A stretch of 64,000 nucleotides of DNA from a bacterium (GTDB lineage Bacteria > Oederibacteriota > JAJYGY01 > DAIDJD01), in contig DATHOE010000037.1 in NCBI GenBank assembly GCA_035485275.1, forward strand, positions 8,701 through 72,700. Direction: 5' to 3'. The notes under the pieces were generated by a model, which saw only the letters and a list, made by a program, of their open reading frames with translations, was not told the origin of the DNA and searched no databases. Positions 33,069-43,183 of this stretch are shown in pieces (position 1 is the first letter of the stretch; the number at the start of each line of letters is the position of its first letter). Made by a program: the position numbers and the translations under genes.

Positions 33069-34037
33069 ATGAGCAAACGATTTCTCGCTGTCGTGGCCTT
33101 GCTGGCCGTGGCTGGACCTGTTTTTGCGGATAAGGACGTAGCGTACGCGGATTATAGGGAAGGGATTGTCCAGGAGAGGACTCGAGATTATCCGGGCGCC
33201 GTGGCCTCGTTCAAAGCCGCCCTGAACGAAGAACCATCCCTGATCTATGCGGAAAAACAATTGGGGAACTGCTTTTATTATCTCGGCGATGATCGCGCCG
33301 CACTCAAGCATTATGATCTCTATTTGGCCATCGATCCCAGCGACGCCGCTACCGAAAAATTCGCGGAATATTTGAGAGCCAGAAGCGCTGGCCGCGCGCC
33401 CCAGAACGCGGACGGCCGCGGCAGCGGGTATTCGTTGGACAGCCCCGGTTTGATCCATTCGCGTTTTTACGTGGGCGGCAGCTTGGGCCTGTTGGATATT
33501 TCCGACAGCGACCTGAACAACCTGATAGGATCCAGCTACACCGTGGAGTCGGATGCGGCGTTTTTCGGTGATCTCCATGTGGGGTACCAATGGCAAAACG
33601 GTATTGCCCTGGAGATCGGCGAGGAGGCTTTGGCGCGGGTCGCGGTGATTCAGGACAGCTTCGGGGACGATCTGACCTTCGAAGGCACCGAGGATGCCCT
33701 CTGCGTCGAACCTCTGTACCGTTTCACCCTGAGCAGGCGGACCGCCGTGTTGACGGGGCTAAAGCTGGGCATAGGGTCCGCCTCGGCGGTCTTCACCGGG
33801 GACTCGGGCAGCACCACCTTGGCTTCCGTCGGCTCGACGCTGGTCGAACCTGACCTGCGCTTCCAGTTCATGCTCGGGCGCATGGTCGGATTGGAAGCCG
33901 GGCTTGACTACCGTTTCGCGGCCTACAACTTCGACCTGGATTCCGGCGGCGGCTCCGGCGGCACTTGGCGCATGGTGGATGACGGCCTGGTTGAGAGCAT
34001 CGGTGTGGACGTGTATTTCGGACATATTGTTAATTAG
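33069..34037 (+). CDS. Secreted TPR-repeat protein with C-terminal beta-rich domain
   Basis: Signal peptide. TPR-like helices (AVASFKAALNEEP...ALKHYDLYLAIDP). C-terminal alternating hydrophobic pattern. Confidence 0.55.
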   Translation: MSKRFLAVVALLAVAGPVFADKDVAYADYREGIVQERTRDYPGAVASFKAALNEEPSLIYAEKQLGNCFYYLGDDRAALKHYDLYLAIDPSDAATEKFAEYLRARSAGRAPQNADGRGSGYSLDSPGLIHSRFYVGGSLGLLDISDSDLNNLIGSSYTVESDAAFFGDLHVGYQWQNGIALEIGEEALARVAVIQDSFGDDLTFEGTEDALCVEPLYRFTLSRRTAVLTGLKLGIGSASAVFTGDSGSTTLASVGSTLVEPDLRFQFMLGRMVGLEAGLDYRFAAYNFDLDSGGGSGGTWRMVDDGLVESIGVDVYFGHIVN

Positions 34038-34713
34038 GGAGCTGCGCGCCCGGGCTGCTTAAGGGTTTGGTCCGCCTCGATGAGGGCGCCCGCTTCAATG
34101 GCGTCGCTCATCATGACCAGGAACGCCATTCCGGGTTTTTGAAGTTTCAAATCTTTGAACCCGGTGAGCGCCATTCCTTCCACATGCAGATGTTTGCCGC
34201 CGCTTCTCACGGCAAAAACGGGGAAGTTCAAGGGAACCGACGCATCGGCGACGGTCAGGGAACCGTGGGCCGTCACGGTCACACCCGATGTGTCCAATAG
34301 ATGCATGCTGAAGGGATCGACCGAAACCAGCGTGAACACGATGGCCGGGTGGTCCTTGGCGTGCACAATATCCTGGACCTTGCCGTCGCGTGTGGTGTTT
34401 CCGCTTTTCAAGGTCACCGGATCGATCTTCAGGATCCCCGTCACGGTCGGGCTCACGCCTTCAAATAGGCGGATTTCCCCGCTGATCCGGCCTTCGCGCC
34501 CGTGCACCGTCTCCGGGACAAAGAAATTCAGGGCATGGACGATATAGCGCGCGCTGCTCTTGGGGCCCACCGTGTAAGGAGTATAGCGTTCCGTCGCCGC
34601 GCCGCGGTCGGCCGGAACCGGGGAAGGCTTCGCCGGGCCGCCGGGATCCGCCCCCGCCGCGGCGAGGCCCAAGGAGGCGGCGCAAATTAGGAACAGCCCC
34701 ATCCATCGATTCA
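34034..34713 (-). CDS. YceI-like periplasmic polyisoprenoid/lipid-binding protein
   Basis: Signal peptide MNRWMGLFLICAASLGLAAA. YceI-like pattern (..VHALNFFVPETVHGREGRISGEIRL..TVTAHGSLTV..). Confidence 0.75.
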
Positions 34714-35949
34714 TGAGCGATCCTCCCAGCGTTTGAATATAAGTGAGGTGTTGATGCCGCCAAAGGCGAAATTGTTGGTCATCACCGCGCCGGTTTCGAG
34801 GGGACGCCAGGTTCCGCGCACATAATCCAGGTCCGCGCATAGGGGGTCCACGTTATCCAGATGCACGGTGGGGGCGACCCAAGCCTCCTTGAGCATGCCG
34901 ATGCTCATCCACGCCTCCAGGGCGCCGCAGGCGCCCAGGGTGTGCCCCATATAGCTTTTCAGCGATGAAATGGCCACGGGCCGGCGGAACACCATCGCCG
35001 TGGCCTGGGACTCGGTGATGTCCCCTTGCTGGGTCGCGGTGCCGTGCGCGTTGACATAGCCGATCTGCTCGGTGGCCAGCCCCGAATCGTCGACCGCCAT
35101 TTGCACCGCATGGGCCATGGTCTCGGCCGAAGGCTGGGTCACGTGGGCTCCGTCGCAATTGGTGCCGAAGCCGACCAGCTCGGCGTGGATACGGGCGCCG
35201 CGTTTGACGGCGTGGTCCAGTTCCTCCAGCACCAGGGTGCCGGCGCCTTCCCCGACTACCAGGCCGTCCCGGTCCCGGTCAAAAGGACGGGGGGTGGAAC
35301 CGGGCGAGGCGTTGCGCACGGAGGTGGCGAATAGGGTGTCGAAGACGGCGGCTTCGGTGGGCGTCAATTCCTCGCCTCCGCCGGCCAGCATGACCAGCTG
35401 CTTGCCCGTTTTGATCGCCTCATAGGCGTACCCGATGGCCTGGCTGCCGGAGGTGCAGGCGCTTGAGGTCGTGTAGACCCGGCCCTTCAGGCCGAAAAAG
35501 ACGGCGATGTTCACGGGCGTGGTATGGGGCATCATGCGAATGTAGGTCGTGGCGGTGATGCCATCGGTACTCTTGTCGATGAGCATGCGGGCGAAGTCGC
35601 CGACGGCGTCCGGGCTTCCGGTGGAGGACCCATAGGCGACGCCGGCTCCGCCTCCGCCCAACACGGGGTGTCCGACCAATCCGGCGTCCTGCAGGGCCAA
35701 GTCGCAGGCCCGCACCGCCATCCGCGAGACCCGCCCCATGGAGCGCGTGGCCTTTCGCGAGTAACGCTCAGGCGGAAGTTCAAAGGGCGCAGCCGGAGCC
35801 GCCAGGAGGGTGTTCAGGCCGCGATACTGCTCCCAGTCGGCCATCCGCACCACCGCGCCTCGGCCCTCGCGCAGGCGCTCCCGCACCGTGGCCCAGTCGT
35901 TGCCCAGGGGAGAAATACCGGCCATGCCCGTCACCACCACCCGTTTCAA
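34711..35949 (-). CDS. Beta-ketoacyl-ACP synthase (FabF/FabB-like KS) of the aryl-polyene-type cluster
   Basis: KRVVVTGMAG start, active-site SSACTSG, HGTAT, GHTLGACG. A TTG start overlaps the FabG stop (TTGA), which is preferred over a longer ATG-initiated ORF. Confidence 0.85.
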   Translation of the reverse strand: MKRVVVTGMAGISPLGNDWATVRERLREGRGAVVRMADWEQYRGLNTLLAAPAAPFELPPERYSRKATRSMGRVSRMAVRACDLALQDAGLVGHPVLGGGGAGVAYGSSTGSPDAVGDFARMLIDKSTDGITATTYIRMMPHTTPVNIAVFFGLKGRVYTTSSACTSGSQAIGYAYEAIKTGKQLVMLAGGGEELTPTEAAVFDTLFATSVRNASPGSTPRPFDRDRDGLVVGEGAGTLVLEELDHAVKRGARIHAELVGFGTNCDGAHVTQPSAETMAHAVQMAVDDSGLATEQIGYVNAHGTATQQGDITESQATAMVFRRPVAISSLKSYMGHTLGACGALEAWMSIGMLKEAWVAPTVHLDNVDPLCADLDYVRGTWRPLETGAVMTNNFAFGGINTSLIFKRWEDRS

Positions 35950-36671
35950 GCGCTCAGCCCTCCATCCACGGCCATGACCTGCCGCGTCACATAGGCCCCT
36001 TCGTCCGAAAAAAGCCATGCCACCAAGCCGGCCACTTCCTTGACCGTTCCCGGGCGCCGCAAGGGAACAAGGTCCATGACCTCGGGCGGCACCCCCGCGG
36101 CCATGTCGCCCTCGATCAGGCCGGGCGCCACGCAGTTGACGGTGATGGCGCGTTTGGCCAATTCCAGGGCCAGGGATTTGCTGGCGGCGATCAGGCCCCC
36201 TTTGGCGGCCGCGTAATTGGTCTGGCCCCGGTTGCCGACCAGGCCGGAGACGGAGGCCACGGACACGATCCTTCCTCCGCGGCGCAGCTGCACCATCGGC
36301 ATGACCAGGGGACGCAGCACATTGAAGAAGCCGTCCAGATCGGTCCTCAACACCGCGTCCCAGTCCTCCCCGCTCATGCCCGCCAGCGGCGCGTCGCGGG
36401 TGATACCCGCGTTGCATACCACACCCCATAGGGCGCCGTGGGACTCCACCTCGGCCTCCAAAACGGCGCGGGCGCCGGCGCGGTCCGCGACGTCGAAATA
36501 CAGTCCCCGCCCGCCGCCGCCCAGCGCGGCGACTGCCTCGGCCGCCTGTTCCGCGGCCGGAGAGGGCGTGCGGCCGTGGGTGAGCACCTCAAAGCCGGCC
36601 AGGGCGAGCCGCTCGGCGATCGCCCTGCCGATTCCGCGGCTGGACCCGGTGACTAGAACCCTTTCCTTCAT
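35946..36671 (-). CDS. fabG: 3-oxoacyl-ACP reductase (SDR family)
   Basis: VTGSSRGIGRAIA cofactor motif. Catalytic NAG...YAAAK. Confidence 0.9.
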   Translation of the reverse strand: MKERVLVTGSSRGIGRAIAERLALAGFEVLTHGRTPSPAAEQAAEAVAALGGGGRGLYFDVADRAGARAVLEAEVESHGALWGVVCNAGITRDAPLAGMSGEDWDAVLRTDLDGFFNVLRPLVMPMVQLRRGGRIVSVASVSGLVGNRGQTNYAAAKGGLIAASKSLALELAKRAITVNCVAPGLIEGDMAAGVPPEVMDLVPLRRPGTVKEVAGLVAWLFSDEGAYVTRQVMAVDGGLSA

Positions 36672-37141
36672 GGTCGCGACACCTCGTCAAGCGCCGCCAT
36701 GGTCGGCAGCTGGATCACGGTCAATTGGGCCTGGGCAAGTTCCATTCCGGTCGGGTCCTGGATGGAGCATTCCATGGCGCTGATCCCATTATCCTGTTGA
36801 AGCACCTTGCGCGCCACGATCCTCAGGGTCTCGCCGGCAAAAAATTGCTCCCGCCCGCTGCTGTAGGTGCGCGCACCCAGCAATAGGCCCGGCAGCACGT
36901 CACGGCCGGCCAATGCGCCCTCGACCCCGGAAAAGAGGCCCACGGTCTGCGCCATATACTCCAAGCCTATCCAGGCCGGGACGCCCCCTTCCTCGAAGAA
37001 GGGACTGTGTTCGCTGATGTCCACTTCGGCGACAAAGGCCTCGTCTTCCATGCCCGCGGCCCGTGTGAGCAGAATCATTGGATCGCGGTGCGGCATCAGT
37101 GCGTCCAGCGGCCGACGGAGGATTTCATCAAGATCGTTCAT
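36668..37141 (-). CDS. Hotdog-fold 3-hydroxyacyl-ACP dehydratase (ApeP/FabZ-like)
   Basis: 157 aa hotdog-fold protein (..HSPFFEEGGVPAWIGLEYMAQ..). ATGA overlaps on both sides. Confidence 0.65.
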   Translation of the reverse strand: MNDLDEILRRPLDALMPHRDPMILLTRAAGMEDEAFVAEVDISEHSPFFEEGGVPAWIGLEYMAQTVGLFSGVEGALAGRDVLPGLLLGARTYSSGREQFFAGETLRIVARKVLQQDNGISAMECSIQDPTGMELAQAQLTVIQLPTMAALDEVSRP

Positions 37142-38328
37142 GGTTTCTCGAGCACCAAGGACACGTTGCTGCCGCCGAATCCGAAGGAATTGGTCATGAC
37201 GCGGCGCAACCCGGAATGGCGCTCCACGCGCCGGACCAGTGCCAACGGAGGCAGGGCGGAATCGGTTTCCCCGTCAAAATAGTGCGGCGGCAGCCCTTGT
37301 TCCGCGGCCCGGCCCGCCAGGAGGTCCCAGCAGAGGGCCGCCTCGAGGGCCCCGGACGCGCCGAGGGCGTGTCCGGTCAGAGGCTTGGTCGAGGAGCAGG
37401 GCAGCCCCTCGGGAAACACACGCGCCGTGGCGGCGGCTTCCATGGAGTCATTTTGGACCGTGCCCGTGCCGTGCAGATTCAGGTATCCGACCTGGGCCGG
37501 TGCCAGGCCCGCGTCCTTGAGCGCCATGCGCATGGCGGCCTCGGCGCCCTCACCGCCGGGCAAAGGGGCGGACACATTGTAGGCGTCATTGGCGTCGCCG
37601 CAGCCCGCCAAACGTGCCGGCCCCTCCCTCCTGGTGACCAGGCAAAAGGCCGCGGCTTCGCCGATGTTGATGCCGTGGCGGTTGCGGCTGAAAGGGTTGC
37701 AGCGTTCCTCGGACAGGGCGCCCAGGGCCGCAAACCCGTGCACCGTGAAGCGGCATAGGGTGTCGACCCCGCCGCACAGCACGGCGTCGCATGCGTCCAA
37801 GCGCAGCAGGCGGCGCGCGGTGGCCAGGGCCTTGGCCGATGAGGAGCAGGCCGTGGAAACGGTCAGAGCCGGCCCACCCAGGTCCAGGGCCCGGGCCAAA
37901 AAGGCCGCCGGAGCGCCCAATTCCTGTTGATGGTAGCGGAAATCCGGCCCCAGGCCCCTACCCGATGCACGCCGGGCGAAGGCCCGTTCGGCTTCAAGCA
38001 TGCCCGAGGTGCTGGTGCCGACCACCACCGCCACGCGGGCCGCACCATGCCTGGCGAGCGCGTCCTCGAGGGCCGCCCTCAGCGGTTGCACCGCGGTCCA
38101 GGCCATGCGGTTGTTGCGGCTGTCGAAGTCGGGCTCCAAGCCGGGCGGATCGGCCAGGGGATGTTCCACCTCCCCCACAGGGAAGGCCTGCCCGGCGGGA
38201 CTGAAGCGCGCGCCCGCCTTCATGCCCGGGCTTAGGCCGGTGCGCATGGCCAGGGCCAGCGCATCGAGGCCCGCGCCCGCCGCCGACAGCACGTAAAAGC
38301 CGTGCAGGAAGGCCTCCGCCTTAGGCAT
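37138..38328 (-). CDS. Beta-ketoacyl synthase (ApeO-like KS)
   Basis: Active-site Cys TVSTACSSS, HGTGT, GHALGASG. Confidence 0.8.
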   Translation of the reverse strand: MPKAEAFLHGFYVLSAAGAGLDALALAMRTGLSPGMKAGARFSPAGQAFPVGEVEHPLADPPGLEPDFDSRNNRMAWTAVQPLRAALEDALARHGAARVAVVVGTSTSGMLEAERAFARRASGRGLGPDFRYHQQELGAPAAFLARALDLGGPALTVSTACSSSAKALATARRLLRLDACDAVLCGGVDTLCRFTVHGFAALGALSEERCNPFSRNRHGINIGEAAAFCLVTRREGPARLAGCGDANDAYNVSAPLPGGEGAEAAMRMALKDAGLAPAQVGYLNLHGTGTVQNDSMEAAATARVFPEGLPCSSTKPLTGHALGASGALEAALCWDLLAGRAAEQGLPPHYFDGETDSALPPLALVRRVERHSGLRRVMTNSFGFGGSNVSLVLEKP

Positions 38329-40627
38329 TGCGGGCCTCTTTGGGGGAGAAACAGGGGGCGCTCAGCCAGGCGGCCAGGCAGCCCACGCTCAAGACCAATC
38401 CAAAAGACCTGAGGGCGGGTGTGCCGCTGAATGCGAGGACGCCCACGGCCGCGATGTTGGTCAGGGCCGCCACATGCACCGCCAAGAATGAGGACAGGCG
38501 GTCGCCGCCGTCCTGCATGTAAATGCCGAAATCAATGCCCGTGCCCAGGAGCAGCAGGAGGGCTAGGAGAACGAACAGGTTCAGGGGCAGGCCGGCGAGG
38601 CCCAGCGTGCCCAGGGCGAGTACCGCACCGAGGACCGTGGGAGCACCGGCGGCGAGGGCCGCGGGGCCCAATCGCAGGGTCAAAAGTCCGAACACCACCA
38701 GGCTTCCGGCGGCGAGCATCCAAGACAGCAGGCGCCGCAAAGCGGCCAGCAACTCGCTCGCGCTCCGTAGCTGATCGATGTATTGGACGCCCGGCAACGC
38801 CGAGGCCGGTCCGGCCAAACGGTCGGCATCCGCGGGAGTCAGGCCCGGACCGGGCAAAACCATGGATTCCATGGTTCCATCCGGCTGGGACAGCCATAGG
38901 CCGCGATAGGGGATGGAGGCCGGATCCGCCAGCCATGCCTCGGGTGTCAGGGGCGCGTCGCCCTGCTTCAAGGCCGCGCGCAGCTTGAGCTCCAGGGCCG
39001 GTTGCCCTATACGCTCCGCAAGGCGTCGGGCCAGCCGGCCGGGCCCGAAAAGGGCGCGTTGCAGGGCCAGGCGGTCCGACTGCTGGCGGGCCAGGGACGG
39101 GACGAAGTCGCTCAGGGCCATCCATTGATGCGTCCGGCCGCCGTCCAAAACTTTGGTGAGGGCCTCTTCTCTGCGCAACAACTCCTGGGGATCGGCGGCT
39201 TGGACCACGAAAAATGAGGTGGCTGTGCCCAGGCCCGTCAGGGCCTGGGCCTGTCGCTGCTCTTGATCCAATGTTTGGTCATGGGCGTAAAGCAGCCGCA
39301 CGTCGTCGTCCACCCTCAGCCGAAGACATCCGACCCCGGCCAACAGAAGCAGTACCGCCAGGAGTCCTTTGAGCCAGGGCCGGCCCCAGCCAGGCCAGGC
39401 CCGGCGCAGCGCGGCGACCGCGGCGATCCGCGATTGCGGCGCCGACTCCAGGGACCGAGTCAGGCGAGGATACCACAGCACCACCCCGGCCCAATCCGCG
39501 GCGAGGCCCACCGCGGCAAACACGGCAACCTGCTTCAGCGCGGGTATTGGGAACAGGACTAGGGCGGCGTAAGCCAGCACTGAGGTGGCCATGGCGAGGG
39601 CCAAGGGGCCGACGGCCAGGCGGGCGCGGCGGTCCGAGTCCCAGGGTTTGTCGTAGATCCCGCTCAAAAAATACAGGCCGTAGTCGTCGGCCACCCCCAC
39701 CACCGTGCTGCCGAAGACCATGGCGACCGCGTGCACGCGCGACCAAAGGAGCAGGACCGCCGCCGCGCCGGCAAGGCACCCCACCATCGCCGGCAGGAGA
39801 GCAAGCAGGATGGGCCGGCGGCGGCGGAACGCGAACCAAAGGAGCACCGCCAGCAGCGCGGTCGACAGCGCGCCGACGCTGCCCACCTCGCGCATCGCCT
39901 GGCGGGCGGCCGCGTGTTCCTGGAACACGAAGCCCGAACGCAAGAGGCCTGTCGCACCCAGGCCGCGGGCGGCGGCGGCGGCCGTTTGAAGCGAAGCGTC
40001 AAAGGCGCGCATGGCCCCTGCGTCCAAGCTCGGCGCGGCGACCGCGTTCACCGCCACCCAGGTGAGGCCTCCGGAATCGATCTCGAGGTGGCCGTCACGC
40101 AGGCTTAAATTCCCGGACAGCGCGGCGTTTCCCTCAAGCCAGCGTCCGAAGGTCCCCAAAGGATCCGTTTCAAAGCTTCCGCCGAATCCCGGGGGGAGAT
40201 AAAGGCCCAGTTCAGCCTGCCGAAGCAGGCCGTCGCCCCCCGCGGACAAAAGGACGCGGTCCGGGGCGGACAAGAGGCCGGCGCGATGCGCCCGGAAACA
40301 GGATAGGGCCGTGGAAAGGGCGTTCGCGGGGACGGCGCAGACCACGGATGAAACGCCGTTTGTCCGGTGCAGGACAGTGGCGTAGCCCTCGGCCGCCCTT
40401 TCAGCGACCCTCGGATCCGCGGCGCCCACGAACACCTGGAAACGGCTTTCCACTTGCCGGCGGAGGGCCAGGGTCGCGGCCGCGGCCGCCGGATTGGGGG
40501 CTTTCCACGGCACCAACTCAAAAATACTGGTCTCCAGGCCCGCCGACGGAAGCCTCAGCGCCAGCCAGAGCAGGGCCGCGACAAATGCGGCCAGCCATGC
40601 GAATGCCAGGCCGCGCCTAAGGCCCAA
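38321..40627 (-). CDS. MMPL/RND-superfamily exporter (ApeM-like)
   Basis: 768 aa with two clusters of ~6 TM helices separated by periplasmic domains, as in MMPL exporters of aryl-polyene clusters. Confidence 0.75.
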   Translation of the reverse strand: MGLRRGLAFAWLAAFVAALLWLALRLPSAGLETSIFELVPWKAPNPAAAAATLALRRQVESRFQVFVGAADPRVAERAAEGYATVLHRTNGVSSVVCAVPANALSTALSCFRAHRAGLLSAPDRVLLSAGGDGLLRQAELGLYLPPGFGGSFETDPLGTFGRWLEGNAALSGNLSLRDGHLEIDSGGLTWVAVNAVAAPSLDAGAMRAFDASLQTAAAAARGLGATGLLRSGFVFQEHAAARQAMREVGSVGALSTALLAVLLWFAFRRRRPILLALLPAMVGCLAGAAAVLLLWSRVHAVAMVFGSTVVGVADDYGLYFLSGIYDKPWDSDRRARLAVGPLALAMATSVLAYAALVLFPIPALKQVAVFAAVGLAADWAGVVLWYPRLTRSLESAPQSRIAAVAALRRAWPGWGRPWLKGLLAVLLLLAGVGCLRLRVDDDVRLLYAHDQTLDQEQRQAQALTGLGTATSFFVVQAADPQELLRREEALTKVLDGGRTHQWMALSDFVPSLARQQSDRLALQRALFGPGRLARRLAERIGQPALELKLRAALKQGDAPLTPEAWLADPASIPYRGLWLSQPDGTMESMVLPGPGLTPADADRLAGPASALPGVQYIDQLRSASELLAALRRLLSWMLAAGSLVVFGLLTLRLGPAALAAGAPTVLGAVLALGTLGLAGLPLNLFVLLALLLLLGTGIDFGIYMQDGGDRLSSFLAVHVAALTNIAAVGVLAFSGTPALRSFGLVLSVGCLAAWLSAPCFSPKEARNA

Positions 40628-41192
40628 GCAGGGCCTCCTCGTCGGGGCTCAGCAAGCCCGGCCCCCGCTCCAGGTCCTTGAAATCGATCACCGACTCGTC
40701 ACCGCTGCTTTCCACGAGCCTGGCCCGCCGCGCATAGTCCGTGCCCTCGGTCTCGATGCTCCTGAAGACGCCGGCCAGGGGGCCCGGCCGAGGGGCCAGG
40801 ACGAGGCGCCAGGACCGCGCCCCACCCTCCTGCCGCAGCGTAAAGGTCCGTTTCAGGGCCTTGACGTCCCCGGTTAGGAGCTGCCGCATCAAGGTCAGGG
40901 CATCCGACCCGGAGGTCAGGCGGCGCCGCCCTGTTGCGCCCACTTCAAAGACGCCCTTGGAGGACACCACAACCGTGGCGCGCACGGGGCTCTCCGTGCG
41001 CCACACCAGGCCCCTTCCCGGCAGGAGCGCGAAGCTCCCATCGCTGAGCAGCGCTTTGTCCAGTCTCCTCAGCGTCTTGGACTGCACAAAACGGCCGTGG
41101 ATGGCCCCTTGAAGCGTCGGACTCGGCAGGGTCTCCTGACCCCAAAGTCCCGCGCCGCAGATGAGCGCCAAGAACAACATGCGGGATCTCAT
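40617..41192 (-). CDS. LolA-like outer-membrane lipoprotein carrier-fold protein
   Basis: Signal peptide, ~190 aa beta-rich. Position matches the LolA-like gene of aryl-polyene clusters. Confidence 0.6.
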   Translation of the reverse strand: MRSRMLFLALICGAGLWGQETLPSPTLQGAIHGRFVQSKTLRRLDKALLSDGSFALLPGRGLVWRTESPVRATVVVSSKGVFEVGATGRRRLTSGSDALTLMRQLLTGDVKALKRTFTLRQEGGARSWRLVLAPRPGPLAGVFRSIETEGTDYARRARLVESSGDESVIDFKDLERGPGLLSPDEEALLGP

Positions 41193-41608
41193 GGCTGTTT
41201 CCTCAGCGCGCGCTCCACGCGTTCGACCAATTCCGCGGGGCAGACAAAGTTCAGCTCCCCGGTGGCCGCGTTCACCGCGACCTGGGTGGTGCTGGCTTTG
41301 GTTAGGCGCAGGGAAGTCAGGGCGTCCCGAATCTCATAGGTGATGACCAGGCGATTCTCCCATTCCGCAAGTTCGGCCCGCACGACCAGGCGCTGCCCCA
41401 AAACAGCGGGCTTCACATAATGCAGACTCAGGTCCACCACCGGGAAGGACCACCCCGAGGCGCGCATCCGTTCATAGCCGTAGTCCAAGGACTCCAAGAG
41501 GGCGCCCCGGCCGATTTCCAGGAAACGCACGTAGTTCCCGTGCCAGACCACCTGCAGGGGGTCGATATCGTAAAATTCGGGACGGACTTCGACTTCGGCC
41601 CAGATCAT
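41189..41608 (-). CDS. Acyl-CoA/ACP thioesterase, 4HBT (YbgC-like) hotdog family
   Basis: MIWAEVEVRPEFYDIDPLQVVWHGNYVRFLE is a typical 4HBT N-terminus. Confidence 0.7.
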   Translation of the reverse strand: MIWAEVEVRPEFYDIDPLQVVWHGNYVRFLEIGRGALLESLDYGYERMRASGWSFPVVDLSLHYVKPAVLGQRLVVRAELAEWENRLVITYEIRDALTSLRLTKASTTQVAVNAATGELNFVCPAELVERVERALRKQP

Positions 41609-43146
41609 GGGCGCACCCCATACGGATGGAGTCCGCGCGCGCGCAGGACCGCGATGATGCGGCGCAGGTCCGCCTCGAGGGCCCGGTCCTCCCTCAGGGG
41701 GGCCGAGTGGGAGCGCACGAAAGCGAGGGTTTCGGCGGCTCCGCCCCTCAGCGTCGCGGGCTCCAATCCCTCGGAGGCCAGCCTCAGTTCCAGGGCCTGG
41801 CATGCCGCCAAAAGCCCGCAGGCGGCCACCTGCTCGGACAGCTCAAGGACCCTCCGGCAGTCACGCGCGGCGATGGTGCCCAGGCTTACCTTGTCCTGGT
41901 TGTGGCTTTCAGTGGACCGGGAAAACGCGGAGGCAGGCATCGTCAGCTTTTGGGCTTCGGCCGCGCAGGCTGAGGCCGTGATTTGCAGCGCCTTGAGTCC
42001 GTGGTGCGCGGAAGCCCCGGAACCTCCAATTCCGCGCAGGTTCGGGGCCAGGCCCTGACTGTAGCGGGCGTCGACCAAGAGGGCGATCTGGCGGTCCACC
42101 AGGTCGGCCAGCGATGCGCAGGCGGCCTTCATGGAATCCATGACGTGGCAGATGTGGCCGCCGTAGAAATGGCCCCCGTGGTAGACGGCGTCCTTGACCG
42201 GATCCAGCAGCGGATTGTCGTTGCTGCTGTTGAGTTCGGTCTCGATGAAGGCCCGGTACCAGGGCAGGCTGTCCTCCAGCACCCCGAGGACATGCGGCGC
42301 GCAGCGGATGGAGTAGCGCTCCTGCAGGCGGCCGGGGCCTCCCACTCGCCCGCTTTCGAGCAGGTCCTGGCGGATGCGCGAAGCGGCCAAGGCCTGGCCC
42401 ACGAAGGGCTTGGTCTCGAAGAGCCCGGCTTCGAAATGCGCCGTTCCGGCCTTTAAGGCCAGGGCGCCCAGGCTGGTGACGCGGGTGCAAACGGCGGCAA
42501 GTTGCCTGGCCCGTTCATAGTTGAGGCATGCGAGCCCAGTCATCACGGCCGTGCCGTTCATCAGCGCCAAGCCCTCTTTGGGCCGTAGGCGGTAGGGTTT
42601 CAGGCCCTGCGCCGCGAGCGCCTGGGAAGCGTCGACCCGGACGCCCCGGGCGATGGCCTCGCGGCGTCCGCAAAGCACGGCGGAGACGTAGGACAGGGGT
42701 GTCAGGTCACCGCTGGCGCCGACGGAGCCTTCTTCCGGGATCAAGGGAACTATGTCCAGGTTCAGCAGGGCCGCAAGGCCCTCCAGAAGGGCGAAACTCA
42801 CGCCCGAAAAGCCGCGGCCCAACGAGGACAGGCGCGCGGCCAAAATCGCGCGCGTCTCCAAGGGCGAAAAATGGTTGCCCAGTCCGACGCCGTGGTATTC
42901 CGTAAGGTGCTCCGGCAACAAGGCCACCTGCCCGGGTTCGATGGACAGGGTCACCGAGTCGCCGTAGCCGGTATTGACCCCGTAAATTTGGACGCCCTCG
43001 TTCAGGAGCCGGTCAACCATGGCCGCTCCGGCGTCGATGCGGGCGCGAAATCCGGGTCCGCCCAGGCGGGCTTCGGCGCCGTCGGCCACGGCCACGACCT
43101 GTTCCAGGCTCAAGGTCCCGCCGTCGAAGTCGACCCTGTCCTTCAT
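41605..43146 (-). CDS. Aromatic amino acid ammonia-lyase (tyrosine/histidine ammonia-lyase, MIO-dependent)
   Basis: MIO-forming GASGDL (GSVGASGDLTPLS) plus flanking conserved HAL/PAL/TAL motifs (..GVNTGYGD.., ..NSSNDNPL..). Start taken at MKDRVDF. Confidence 0.85.
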   Translation of the reverse strand: MKDRVDFDGGTLSLEQVVAVADGAEARLGGPGFRARIDAGAAMVDRLLNEGVQIYGVNTGYGDSVTLSIEPGQVALLPEHLTEYHGVGLGNHFSPLETRAILAARLSSLGRGFSGVSFALLEGLAALLNLDIVPLIPEEGSVGASGDLTPLSYVSAVLCGRREAIARGVRVDASQALAAQGLKPYRLRPKEGLALMNGTAVMTGLACLNYERARQLAAVCTRVTSLGALALKAGTAHFEAGLFETKPFVGQALAASRIRQDLLESGRVGGPGRLQERYSIRCAPHVLGVLEDSLPWYRAFIETELNSSNDNPLLDPVKDAVYHGGHFYGGHICHVMDSMKAACASLADLVDRQIALLVDARYSQGLAPNLRGIGGSGASAHHGLKALQITASACAAEAQKLTMPASAFSRSTESHNQDKVSLGTIAARDCRRVLELSEQVAACGLLAACQALELRLASEGLEPATLRGGAAETLAFVRSHSAPLREDRALEADLRRIIAVLRARGLHPYGVRP

Positions 43147-43183
43147 GATTCCACCCGAGGGTAGTGCGCGCATGGATACCGCG